Below, piece by piece: positions 1-9,172 of a DNA stretch of 64,000 nucleotides. The notes under the pieces were generated by a model. The model had not been told where the DNA came from. It saw only the letters and a list, made by a program, of their open reading frames with translations, and did no database searches. Every line of letters starts with the position of its first letter. Position 1 is the first letter of the stretch. Source of the stretch: an uncultured Butyricicoccus sp. (GTDB lineage: Bacteria > Bacillota > Clostridia > Oscillospirales > Butyricicoccaceae); NCBI GenBank assembly GCA_944384655.1, contig CALWUF010000060.1, positions 6,102 through 70,101 on the forward strand, read 5' to 3'. A program made the position numbers and the translations under genes.

Positions 1-850
1 TCATATGTTCTCCAGTCGCCGGATGTGTCAATGTCAACTGCCCTGCGTGCAGGCACTGCCCGTCCAGCTTCCATTTATCTTTGGATGGACCATACAGCGG
101 ATCACCGAGGATCGGATGCCCAATATGTGCCATATGGACGCGGATCTGATGGGTACGACCGGTCTCCAGTTGAAATGCCATATATGTATAGCCGCGATAG
201 CGTTCGAGCACTTCATAATGTGTCACCGCTTCGCGCCCACCTTCTGTAACCGCCATTTTTTTCCGATCAAACCGATGACGTGCAATCGGTGCATCAATGC
301 TGCCCGTATTTTCGCGCGGTGCGCCGTACACGACAGCATAATATCGGCGTCCGGCAGAATGTTCCTTGATCTGTTGTGCAAGCGATTGATGCGCGTTGTC
401 ATTCTTCGCCACCACCAATAACCCACTGGTATCCTTGTCAATGCGGTGAACAATACCTGGACGGATTTCCCCATTGATACCGGACAAACGATCTCCACAG
501 TGATACATCAATGCATTGACCAACGTACCGCTCCAGTTCCCCGGTGCGGGATGTACCACCATACCGCGTGGCTTATTGATGACAACAATGTCATCATCTT
601 CATAGACAATATCCAATGGAATATCTTCCGGAACCAGTGTTGTTTCCTTTGGTTCAGGCAATTCAATCCAAATCTGATCGCCTGCCGATGCCTTTGTGTT
701 TTTCCTGAGAGGTGTACCTGCCAATGTAACGCAGCCCTCCTGCATCAGGTTTTGAATTGCTGAGCGCGTCAGCTCCGGCAACTGTTCCGCGAGCAGCTTA
801 TCCAGCCGCTTCCCTGCGTCTGCCGCAGTTACCTCGACAACCAGTCTCAT
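1..850 (-). CDS. rluD: RluA/RluD-family 23S rRNA pseudouridine synthase (3' end runs off the window, so absent from the ORF track)
   Basis: Manual translation from ATG 850 gives MRLVVEVTAADAGKRLDKLLAEQLPELTRSAIQNLM (S4-like start) and later LETGRTHQIRVHMAHIGHPILGDPLYG. The ATG overlaps the lspA stop (ATGA). Confidence 0.92.
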   Translation of the reverse strand, partial: MRLVVEVTAADAGKRLDKLLAEQLPELTRSAIQNLMQEGCVTLAGTPLRKNTKASAGDQIWIELPEPKETTLVPEDIPLDIVYEDDDIVVINKPRGMVVHPAPGNWSGTLVNALMYHCGDRLSGINGEIRPGIVHRIDKDTSGLLVVAKNDNAHQSLAQQIKEHSAGRRYYAVVYGAPRENTGSIDAPIARHRFDRKKMAVTEGGREAVTHYEVLERYRGYTYMAFQLETGRTHQIRVHMAHIGHPILGDPLYGPSKDKWKLDGQCLHAGQLTLTHPATGEHM

Positions 851-1320
851 ATTCGCCCCGTTTCTTCTCGGTCTTTATGTTGGAACAGATAATAGATTGA
901 AAACATTATCACACCAACTGTAACATAAATGTCTGCAATATTGAACACCGGAAAGCGAATAAACAACACCTCAATCATGTCCACAACATACTGGTGCATG
1001 ATCCGATCGATACCGTTGCCAATCGCACCTGCGCAAACGACCAGCAAACTGACCTTACCCCATGTGTTCTGTATGAGGTTTTTATAAAATACATAGGCAA
1101 TCGCACCCACCACAACCGCTGCAAGCAGGACAAACAACCATGTCTGATTTTCCAGCAGACTAAACGCTGCGCCGCGATTTTCCACATAGGTGAGCTGCAA
1201 AATGCCCGGAATCAATGGAATGCTGCCCATCGGCGCAAGCGCCGTGACAGCCCAATACTTGACAACCTGATCGACCAGAACCATGGCAGCTACTGCCAAC
1301 AGCGTCATCAGAATCGTCAT
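847..1320 (-). CDS. lspA: Lipoprotein signal peptidase II
   Basis: Motifs VDQVVK, NRGAAFS, GAIGNGIDR, VVDMI, FNIAD. Start placed at ATG 1320 after SD GGAAGGAGG. Confidence 0.95.
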   Translation of the reverse strand: MTILMTLLAVAAMVLVDQVVKYWAVTALAPMGSIPLIPGILQLTYVENRGAAFSLLENQTWLFVLLAAVVVGAIAYVFYKNLIQNTWGKVSLLVVCAGAIGNGIDRIMHQYVVDMIEVLFIRFPVFNIADIYVTVGVIMFSIYYLFQHKDREETGRI

Positions 1321-1386
1321 CAGGAAAGCCTCCTTCCAAAAAATGAGGCAGAGGAAATATCTCCCCTGCCTCAGCATGTGTGATAA

Positions 1387-4173
1387 TTATCGGCTGATTA
1401 CAGATGCACAGCGTGCACACAGGCACGGATGCTCTGCATTTTCACCGACCGTCGGATCATAGATCCAGCAGCGGGCACATTTCTCGCCTTCCATATGGCT
1501 GACAGCAATTTTGATGCCGCCAAGCGCTTCATATTCATCGCCTTCGCCTTCGCCGCTCTGGATGGAAACCGAAGAGACAATACACAATTTTGCCAGATCC
1601 TGACCACAGCTCTCGAGGAATTCCCTGCCTGCGTCGGACGCGGTAATGACAACGTTTGCCTCCAACGGTTTACCGATCAGCTTTGCGCCGCGCGCCTGTT
1701 CCAGTGCCTTGTTCACATCGTCACGAACCGCAATAATCTTTTCCCATCGAATCATAGCCGCTTCATCAAACGCCAGCGACGCATCATAAGAGGGCATATC
1801 ATTGAACAGAATGTTATCCAAATCGTCGCCTTCCTGATGTGGCATTGCATGCCAGATTTCATCCGCAGTGAAGCAGAGAATAGGCGAAATCATGCGAACC
1901 AGCGCATCCAGAATGCGGTAAATCGCAGTCTGTGCAGATAAGCGGCTCACACCGTCATCACAATACAGGCGGTCCTTGATGACATCCAGATAGAAGTTAG
2001 ACATATCGACAACACAGAAATTGTGAATTGCATGTGTAACGGTGTGGAATTCATAGCTGTCATATGCAGCACGGACACGACCAACCAAATCATTGCACTT
2101 CATCAGCGCCCATTTATCCAACTCAAGCATCTGGTCATAAGGAACCATCTGATCGACGGTAAAACCATCCAAATTGCCTATGATATAACGCGCTGTGTTG
2201 CGGATCTTGAGGTAATTCTGCGAGAGCTGCTTGAACATCTTCTTAGAGATTTTCATATCCACGCGGTAATCCGCCGAAGAAACCCACAGGCGCAGGATAT
2301 CCGCGCCGGATTCCCTGGTGATTTCCTGGGGACTCATGCCGTTGCCCTTGGACTTCGACATCTTCTGACGCTCTTCATCGACAATCATACCGTGCGTAAT
2401 GACAGTCTTATACGGAGCCGTTCCCTTTGTGGCAATGGCAGTCAGCATAGAAGACTGGAACCAGCCGCGATACTGGTCATTGCCTTCCAGATACACATCT
2501 GCCGGATAGGTCAAATCATCGCGCTCATCCATCACAGCTGCATGGCTGGAACCGGAATCAAACCATACGTCCATCGTATCGGTTTCCTTGGTAAACGAAT
2601 TACAGCCACACTCACACTTGATATCATCGGTCAGGATGTCATTGGCATCCATATCAAACCATGCGCTTGTACCATGCTCGCGGAACAGGTCGGCAACCAA
2701 CTGGATGGTCTTTTCGTTGACCATCGGTTTCCCACACTTCTTACAGAAGAAGATTGGAATCGGCACACCCCAGATACGCTGACGGGAAATGCACCAATCA
2801 GAGCGCTCCTGAATCATAGAAGTCATACGCTCTTCACCCCATGCCGGAATCCACTGGATGTCATGGCATGCCTTCACTGCATCATCCTTCATCGCGTCAA
2901 CCGAACAGAACCACTGCTCAGTCGCACGGAAGATAATCGGATTTTTACATCTCCAGCAGTGCGGATAGGAATGCTCCATGGTTTCAACAGCCAGCAAAGC
3001 ACCCTGCGCCTTCAGATCTTCCAAAATGACCGGATTGGTCTTTTCATAGTACATACCGGCATATTTGCCTGCATCTTCCGTTGCATACCCCTTGCTGTCA
3101 ACCGGAACAATCATCGGGATTTCCGGATATTTCTGACAAACAATAAAGTCGTCTGCACCGAAGCCCGGCGCGGTGTGAACACAGCCGGTACCGGCATCCA
3201 ATGTGACGTGCTCACCGACGATCACCAGAGAATCACGATCCATCAGCGGATGCTGCGTGGTAATATATTCCAGTTCAGAACCTTGAATTGTACCGACGAT
3301 CTCATACGATTCGATACCGGAAGCCTTTGCAACAGAGGAAATCAAGTCGGTTGCCAGAACATAGATTTCACCGTTTGGCACCTTCACAAATGAATATTCA
3401 AAGTACGGATTGACAGAAATGGCAAGGTTACCCGGCAAGGTCCAGGTTGTCGTCGTCCAGATGACGAAATAAACGTTTTCTGTCGTGCCGAGGATTGCGC
3501 TGATCTTTCCCTTGTCATCTTTGACAGCAAACTTGACATAAATGGATTCACAGGTTGAATCTTTGTATTCAATCTCAGCCTCCGCCAGTGCAGTCTCATC
3601 GTGCGGACACCAATAAACCGGCTTCAGACCCTTGTAAATATAACCCTTCTTCGCCATTTCGCCAAAAACTTCGATCTGCTTTGCGACAAAGTCATTGGTC
3701 AATGTCAGATACGGATTCTCCCAGTCTCCCACAACGCCCAAGCGCTTAAACTGTTCGCGCTGTGTATTGACATGTTCGAGTGCAAATTCCTTACATTTCT
3801 CGCAGAACTCCTTGTTGCTGACCTTGTGTCGGTCCAGACCAAACGCAGCAATTGCCTGACGTTCAATCGGCAAACCATGGGTGTCCCACCCCGGAACATA
3901 GGGTGCTTTGTAACCGGTCATATTTTTATAGCGAATGATGAAGTCTTTGAGGATCTTATTGAGCGCATGACCCAAATGCAAATTTCCATTTGCATAGGGA
4001 GGACCATCGTGCAGAATAAACAGGGGTTTCCCCTCATTTTTCTTCATCAATGTATCATAAATATGATCCTCTTCCCACTTGGCCAAAAATTCCGGCTCGC
4101 GTTTGGGAAGCCCCGCGCGCATCGGAAAATCAGTTTTGGGAAGATGGATTGTGTTGTTGTAGTCCTGCGGCAT
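1387..4173 (-). CDS. ileS: Isoleucine--tRNA ligase (type 1)
   Basis: 928 aa. HDGPPYANG..HLGH, GWDTHGLPIE, WCISRQR, KMSKS, C-terminal CxxC..CxxC zinc finger. Confidence 0.98.
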   Translation of the reverse strand: MPQDYNNTIHLPKTDFPMRAGLPKREPEFLAKWEEDHIYDTLMKKNEGKPLFILHDGPPYANGNLHLGHALNKILKDFIIRYKNMTGYKAPYVPGWDTHGLPIERQAIAAFGLDRHKVSNKEFCEKCKEFALEHVNTQREQFKRLGVVGDWENPYLTLTNDFVAKQIEVFGEMAKKGYIYKGLKPVYWCPHDETALAEAEIEYKDSTCESIYVKFAVKDDKGKISAILGTTENVYFVIWTTTTWTLPGNLAISVNPYFEYSFVKVPNGEIYVLATDLISSVAKASGIESYEIVGTIQGSELEYITTQHPLMDRDSLVIVGEHVTLDAGTGCVHTAPGFGADDFIVCQKYPEIPMIVPVDSKGYATEDAGKYAGMYYEKTNPVILEDLKAQGALLAVETMEHSYPHCWRCKNPIIFRATEQWFCSVDAMKDDAVKACHDIQWIPAWGEERMTSMIQERSDWCISRQRIWGVPIPIFFCKKCGKPMVNEKTIQLVADLFREHGTSAWFDMDANDILTDDIKCECGCNSFTKETDTMDVWFDSGSSHAAVMDERDDLTYPADVYLEGNDQYRGWFQSSMLTAIATKGTAPYKTVITHGMIVDEERQKMSKSKGNGMSPQEITRESGADILRLWVSSADYRVDMKISKKMFKQLSQNYLKIRNTARYIIGNLDGFTVDQMVPYDQMLELDKWALMKCNDLVGRVRAAYDSYEFHTVTHAIHNFCVVDMSNFYLDVIKDRLYCDDGVSRLSAQTAIYRILDALVRMISPILCFTADEIWHAMPHQEGDDLDNILFNDMPSYDASLAFDEAAMIRWEKIIAVRDDVNKALEQARGAKLIGKPLEANVVITASDAGREFLESCGQDLAKLCIVSSVSIQSGEGEGDEYEALGGIKIAVSHMEGEKCARCWIYDPTVGENAEHPCLCARCASVISR

Positions 4174-4270
4174 TGAACCGTACTCCTTTCTAACTCTGGC
4201 GTTAAATCGCCAACCGCCAACGGGCGGAATCTCTATATCGCAAACAGCTTCCGCTGTTTATCGTCAAAAG

Positions 4271-4993
4271 TTATGTATTTGCGTCTGCCTGAGAGCCGCT
4301 CACTTCCACGGTGAACTGCGTCTCTTCCATGCCGGTTTTTCGGGAGGCATGGGATGCGTTGGCAAATATTTTTAATATATCATCCGGAATCTCCGTTCCG
4401 GAGGTATGCTGTTCACGCGGCACCACCGCCGGCTCTGCGGGACCTTCCACATGACTTTCTAATGTTTCGCTCTGCACAGTCTGTCCGGAAATCGAAGTAA
4501 ATTCCATCCCAACCTGCTCAGGAATGGCCGCAATACGCTCACTCTGCTCACGAAACGCCCGCGTCATCTTATCGATAAACGACGCACACTCACGCTGCGC
4601 CAGACGCAAACGTGCCTGCTCCTGCGAGGCCTGAATCTGATACTGGCGGATAATTGCCTCGCATTGGCTGGATGCATCCGCTTTCATCTGTTCCACCTGT
4701 GCCCGTGCCCGGGCAAGCAGTTCTTCCGATTCATCTGTTGCCTTTTTTGTCGTCTGTTCCGCGACATTCTGCGCTGTCATCAATGCCTGACGAATCCCGC
4801 TTTCCACCCTGCGGTATTCCTCAATTTTGTCCACAAGAACCTTGAGTTTTGCCCGCAGTTCTGCATTTTCCTTTTCCAGCGCCTCCATATCATCCGCAAC
4901 TTGATCCAACAGTGAATCGACACTCTTGATATCATATCCGCCAAAAACAGCCTTTTCAATGGCATACTCCCGCAATTCCCTGGAACTTAACAT
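4271..4993 (-). CDS. divIVA: DivIVA-domain cell division protein
   Basis: N-terminus MLSSRELREYAIEKAVFGGYDIKSVDSLLDQV followed by a coiled coil. SD GGAGG before ATG 4993. Usual position upstream of ileS. Confidence 0.85.
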   Translation of the reverse strand: MLSSRELREYAIEKAVFGGYDIKSVDSLLDQVADDMEALEKENAELRAKLKVLVDKIEEYRRVESGIRQALMTAQNVAEQTTKKATDESEELLARARAQVEQMKADASSQCEAIIRQYQIQASQEQARLRLAQRECASFIDKMTRAFREQSERIAAIPEQVGMEFTSISGQTVQSETLESHVEGPAEPAVVPREQHTSGTEIPDDILKIFANASHASRKTGMEETQFTVEVSGSQADANT

Positions 4994-5095
4994 GTTGACC
5001 TCCTGAAATCCGGCAGTGCTCGACTGGCGGAGAATAACTGGAAAATGGCCGGGCAGAAAGAAACCCGGCCGGATAAAATCTGTGCGAATCAGCAA

Positions 5096-5359
5096 TCAAT
5101 ACAATGCGTACAACAGACTCTGCGCCATTACCAGAATGAAAAACGCCAAAAGCGTTGAAAAATCGAGCGGCATGGTGCGAAGTGAACGAAATCGGCTGAG
5201 AAAGCTGCGGCAAGGCGCAACCATTGGTTCCGTAACGGTATACAGCAACTGACCGATGCGCGAATTCTGAACCTGTGGGAACCATGAGGCAATCGCACGG
5301 AACACAAGCAGCCATTGCAGCAAGCTAAGCAGCCTAATTGTGAGATAAACTATAATCAT
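5096..5359 (-). CDS. yggT: YggT/YlmG family membrane protein
   Basis: Hydrophobic 87 aa with LLYTVTEPMVAPCR and MPLDFS motifs, directly after sepF. Confidence 0.88.
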   Translation of the reverse strand: MIIVYLTIRLLSLLQWLLVFRAIASWFPQVQNSRIGQLLYTVTEPMVAPCRSFLSRFRSLRTMPLDFSTLLAFFILVMAQSLLYALY

Positions 5360-5395
5360 ATCAGCATATCCTATGCTCCGACCAGAGAGCAACAG

Positions 5396-5884
5396 TCAGA
5401 ATTTCATGCCGCTGTTTTGCAGCTCACTGATGAGATCATCACCGACAATCTCGACATCCAGCGGCGTAATCAGGTATGTATTGCTCGCAACGCGCTTGAT
5501 CTTCCCCTCAATGGCATAGGTGACACCGCTCAGGAAGTCGAGCATACGTTTAGACACTTCCTTATCCGTAGATTCAAGGTTAAGTACGACGGTCATCTTA
5601 TTTTTCAAATGATCGGCGATGTCGGCAACATTGTTAAACTGATCGGCTTTGACCAGAACAACAGCGAGCCGAGTTGTCGCACTGATGTTGACAACTCTAT
5701 TATTTCTGCGCGATTGAACCTGTGTATGCGCTGCCTCAACGGGCGCGGATGCAGCAGACTCCGGCCGGCTGTAGTAGGACGGTTCTTCCGGCTCTGCGGA
5801 CGCCATCGTTTCATCGTCCAGATCAAAGTCGTCATCATCCACTTCGCCGCTCACCCAGCGTTTGAAGTCATTCACTAATCCCAT
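5396..5884 (-). CDS. sepF: Cell division protein SepF
   Basis: MGLVNDFKRW, acidic linker, C-terminal domain VVLNLE..KRMLDFLSGVTYAIEGKIKRV. SD GGAGG. Confidence 0.93.
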   Translation of the reverse strand: MGLVNDFKRWVSGEVDDDDFDLDDETMASAEPEEPSYYSRPESAASAPVEAAHTQVQSRRNNRVVNISATTRLAVVLVKADQFNNVADIADHLKNKMTVVLNLESTDKEVSKRMLDFLSGVTYAIEGKIKRVASNTYLITPLDVEIVGDDLISELQNSGMKF

Positions 5885-5924
5885 TTTCTGCTTCCTCCTG
5901 AATGGAACAATTCTTCCAAATATA

Positions 5925-6635
5925 TCAATAATGGCGGGCGCCAAAAATAGCTGTACCCAGCCGGACGATGGTTGCCCCACAGGAAATTGCCTCTGTATAA
6001 TCGGCACTCATTCCCATCGACAAGCAGTCCATGGTGATATTATCGTATTTTTTCGCCGATATGTCAATAAAGAGTTTGGACATTCTGTCGAAATAAAGAG
6101 TTTTTTCTTCATTTGGTTGCGTCCTTGGTGGAATTGCCATCAAACCTCGAACACGGACATGGTTTAATTTGGCAATTTGCTCGGTGATAGAAAACAGCTC
6201 ATCGGGATCAATGCCCAACTTGCTCTCCTCTCTGCCAATGTTCACTTCCAGCAGGATATCCTGACAAATTCCTGCCTTTGCCGCCTCCTTGTCAATGACG
6301 CGCGCCAGCTTGAGTGAACTCACGGACTCAATCAGGGAGACCTTACCGATGAGATATTTGACTTTATTGGTCTGTAGTGTGCCGATAAAGTGCAGCGGAC
6401 AACCGTCATATGCGTGCTGTTCATATTTTCCCAGCAACTCCTGTACACGATTTTCACCGCATACATCTACGCCCGCCGCAATCGCCGCACGCACACGCTC
6501 TGCGTCATTCATTTTTGTCGCTGCAACCAGTGTAATATCCTCCGGACGACGTCCAGCTTCCACTGCGGCTCTGGCAATGCGCTCCCGCGCCTGTGCAACG
6601 TTTTCTTCAATCTGCCTGCGTTCTTCCTCTGTCAT
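5925..6635 (-). CDS. yggS: YggS/PLPBP pyridoxal-phosphate homeostasis protein
   Basis: LVAATK, GENRVQE, HFIGTLQTNKVK, LSMGMSADY, VRLGTAIFG. Confidence 0.95.
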   Translation of the reverse strand: MTEEERRQIEENVAQARERIARAAVEAGRRPEDITLVAATKMNDAERVRAAIAAGVDVCGENRVQELLGKYEQHAYDGCPLHFIGTLQTNKVKYLIGKVSLIESVSSLKLARVIDKEAAKAGICQDILLEVNIGREESKLGIDPDELFSITEQIAKLNHVRVRGLMAIPPRTQPNEEKTLYFDRMSKLFIDISAKKYDNITMDCLSMGMSADYTEAISCGATIVRLGTAIFGARHY

Positions 6636-7915
6636 TTCATTACCTTCTTGTCATCCAAGTCTTTTGCTTCCACAATGATGTCGTCTCCTGCAACCAGGGA
6701 ATCATTCCCCGTTACATTCTGCTCGACAATATAAAAATCCTCGCCTTCGAACAACGGATTGATGTTCTTATACCGCGCCACATCGTTGGACAAAACATAC
6801 ACGCCCATCTCATCATCCTGCATACGGACAGCAGATTTCGGCACTTTGAGACCCGAATACGACGCCACGATCACCGTTGCGCTCTGCTTACGCATGGATA
6901 TGAGATCCTCATTGATCTCCTGCGACTGGAAAATTACCAATGTGTCTTCGCTGTCCGCGTCATCTCGAATCGATGTAACAGTCGCTTGCACATCCTGATT
7001 GACCTGTGCAAAGCGCAGTTTTACGGTGCTGCCCTGTGACAGATGCTCTGCATTTGAATCCGACACCTGCGCTGCAAAATACCACGTATAGCCGGAAACA
7101 ATCTTACCTTTGTTGGAATCTGTGGATTTCTTCTCATTGACCAGATTTCCCAGAGAAGACAGCGTGAGATCTTCGATCACATCCGGTGTGAGAACCTCCT
7201 CATAGCCGTCAACTGACTCGCAGAAATACCCCGCATACGGCGAAGTGATTTCCGATGTATTGCCATCCAGCCGTTGCTCCAGAGATTCCGCCTGTGCTTC
7301 CAGGCTTGCAATTTCCGCATCAATGTCATCGGTCCCGCCCTCCAGCGAACCGCTTTTCAATGCCAGCTGGCGCAGTTCCGAGACGAGCGACGCAATCTGT
7401 CCCAGCGACGCACCTTCTGCCTCGCTGCTGATCGCATTCATCTGCCCTATGATTTTCTGATTGAGCTGACTGGAATTGGTGCTCGTGGAAGACATCGTGC
7501 GCAATGTTTCCAACTGATCGATGTTATCGCGTATGTTTTTGAGCTCCCGGCTGACGGTCAGCGCGTCCTCGTCTTTATATTCTGTGATAAGCGAAGCGCC
7601 CTTTGCAACTTTATCGCCATCAGAATAATTATATTGTACCGTATCGCCCTCTACAATATCAATGACATTTTCCTCGCGGATAAAATACCCCGTCGTTGAA
7701 AATGAATCGTCCGTCACGATCTGAACGGCTGATGTCGTCCGGATTGGATTGTAATGGTTGACGATAAAGCTGACTGCACCGTAAATCAAAATCAATGAAA
7801 AAACAATGACTGGTACGCGGAGCGTTTTATTCATTTTTATCTTTCCGATCCGCCATACGCGGCTCGTATTTTTTTTGGAATTTCTCCGTGAAAACGAAGA
7901 CCATTTGAATGCCAT
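6632..7915 (-). CDS. Single-TM membrane-fusion (HlyD-like) protein with central coiled coil
   Basis: N-terminal hydrophobic helix, GDKVAKG lipoyl-like motif, helical hairpin and ITSPYAGYF. Overlaps the yggS start by 4 nt. Confidence 0.65.
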   Translation of the reverse strand: MAFKWSSFSRRNSKKNTSRVWRIGKIKMNKTLRVPVIVFSLILIYGAVSFIVNHYNPIRTTSAVQIVTDDSFSTTGYFIREENVIDIVEGDTVQYNYSDGDKVAKGASLITEYKDEDALTVSRELKNIRDNIDQLETLRTMSSTSTNSSQLNQKIIGQMNAISSEAEGASLGQIASLVSELRQLALKSGSLEGGTDDIDAEIASLEAQAESLEQRLDGNTSEITSPYAGYFCESVDGYEEVLTPDVIEDLTLSSLGNLVNEKKSTDSNKGKIVSGYTWYFAAQVSDSNAEHLSQGSTVKLRFAQVNQDVQATVTSIRDDADSEDTLVIFQSQEINEDLISMRKQSATVIVASYSGLKVPKSAVRMQDDEMGVYVLSNDVARYKNINPLFEGEDFYIVEQNVTGNDSLVAGDDIIVEAKDLDDKKVMK

Positions 7916-7944
7916 AGAAAGATACTCCTATCGGCAGTTCAGGT

Positions 7945-8190
7945 TTATCCTGTCACCAATTCCTTCCGACCGCCGGACATGTCCAGTCTGCGCTGGGGTA
8001 TCACCGTGGAAATCGCATGTTTGTAAATCATTTCCTGTTTTCCATCGCAGTCAAACAGAATAATGAAGGTATCAAACCCGCGTACAATGCCGCGAAGCTG
8101 GAACCCATTGGTCAAAAAGATGGTCAGCGGAACCTTCTCCTGCCGCGCCTTATTCAAAAAGGTGTCCTGTAAATTGATTTCAGTTTTCAT
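7945..8190 (-). CDS. hfq: RNA chaperone Hfq
   Basis: [38 protein letters not shown] before ATG 8190. Confidence 0.95.
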   Translation of the reverse strand: MKTEINLQDTFLNKARQEKVPLTIFLTNGFQLRGIVRGFDTFIILFDCDGKQEMIYKHAISTVIPQRRLDMSGGRKELVTG

Positions 8191-9172
8191 TATAGAGCAA
8201 TCCTCCCGAATTGTATAGATACTTTTCATATGGTACACCCCGGGCAGCTAAAATTTCTGTCGCTTGCTGGAGAATTGCGGAAAATTCATCGGGAGAATTG
8301 TAATACAACCAATGCACGCGGGGATCACGCCGCAGCCAGGTCAGCTGCCGTTTGGCGTAATTGCGCGAGGCACGTTTGAGCGTGTCGAGACACGCTGGAA
8401 GCGCTGCCTCCCCACGCAGATATGGCAGCAATTCCTTGTAACCAATGGCCTGTCCCGCCGTGCCGGTCAATTTCCCATCCTCCCACAGACGGCGCGCCTC
8501 TTCAATCAGCCCCAATTCAACCATCTGGTCAACACGCCGGTCAATGCGGTCATACAATGTCTGGCGTTCTGTCGGGCACAATCCAAACAGGATCGCATCA
8601 TATTTTGGTTCAGGTCGTTTGTTGCGTGCATTCAGCTCGCCAATGGTTATGCCAGTCTGCTCATACACTTCAAGGGCGCGCACAACACGTTTGATATTGT
8701 TTTCATGTATGCGTTCAGCGGATTCCGGATCGACCGTACGCAGCATTTCATGCAGGGCATGCGCCCCCTGTTCGCGTGCAATCGCGTTATATTTCTCACG
8801 CGACGCCGTATTGGTTTCATCGCCGGAAAATGTACTGCCCTCGATCAATGCATCCAGATACAGTCCGGTACCGCCGCAGACAATCGGGATTTTTTCACGC
8901 GCGAGAATATCCTGTGCACAGGCATCTGCCATCTGCTGATAGCGCGCCACGGAAAAACTCTCCCCTGGCTCAGCTACATCGAACATGTGATGCACCACGC
9001 CGTCGCGTTCTATCATGTCAGGCTTTGCCGTGCCGATGTCCATACCGCGATAGATCTGCATCGAATCGGAAGAAATGATTTCTGTATCCAGCTTTTTCGC
9101 CAGCGCAATGGACAGCGCCGTCTTGCCCGATGCTGTTGGACCTGCAATACAAATCAGCTTTTGTTTCATCAC
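8180..9172 (-). CDS. miaA: tRNA dimethylallyltransferase
   Basis: [39 protein letters not shown]. Confidence 0.97.
   Translation of the reverse strand: MMKQKLICIAGPTASGKTALSIALAKKLDTEIISSDSMQIYRGMDIGTAKPDMIERDGVVHHMFDVAEPGESFSVARYQQMADACAQDILAREKIPIVCGGTGLYLDALIEGSTFSGDETNTASREKYNAIAREQGAHALHEMLRTVDPESAERIHENNIKRVVRALEVYEQTGITIGELNARNKRPEPKYDAILFGLCPTERQTLYDRIDRRVDQMVELGLIEEARRLWEDGKLTGTAGQAIGYKELLPYLRGEAALPACLDTLKRASRNYAKRQLTWLRRDPRVHWLYYNSPDEFSAILQQATEILAARGVPYEKYLYNSGGLLYNEN

Noticed and set aside
2023-3393. 456-aa ORF antisense to ileS
   Set aside because: No recognisable domain or SD. It is a shadow ORF from codon bias of the sense gene.
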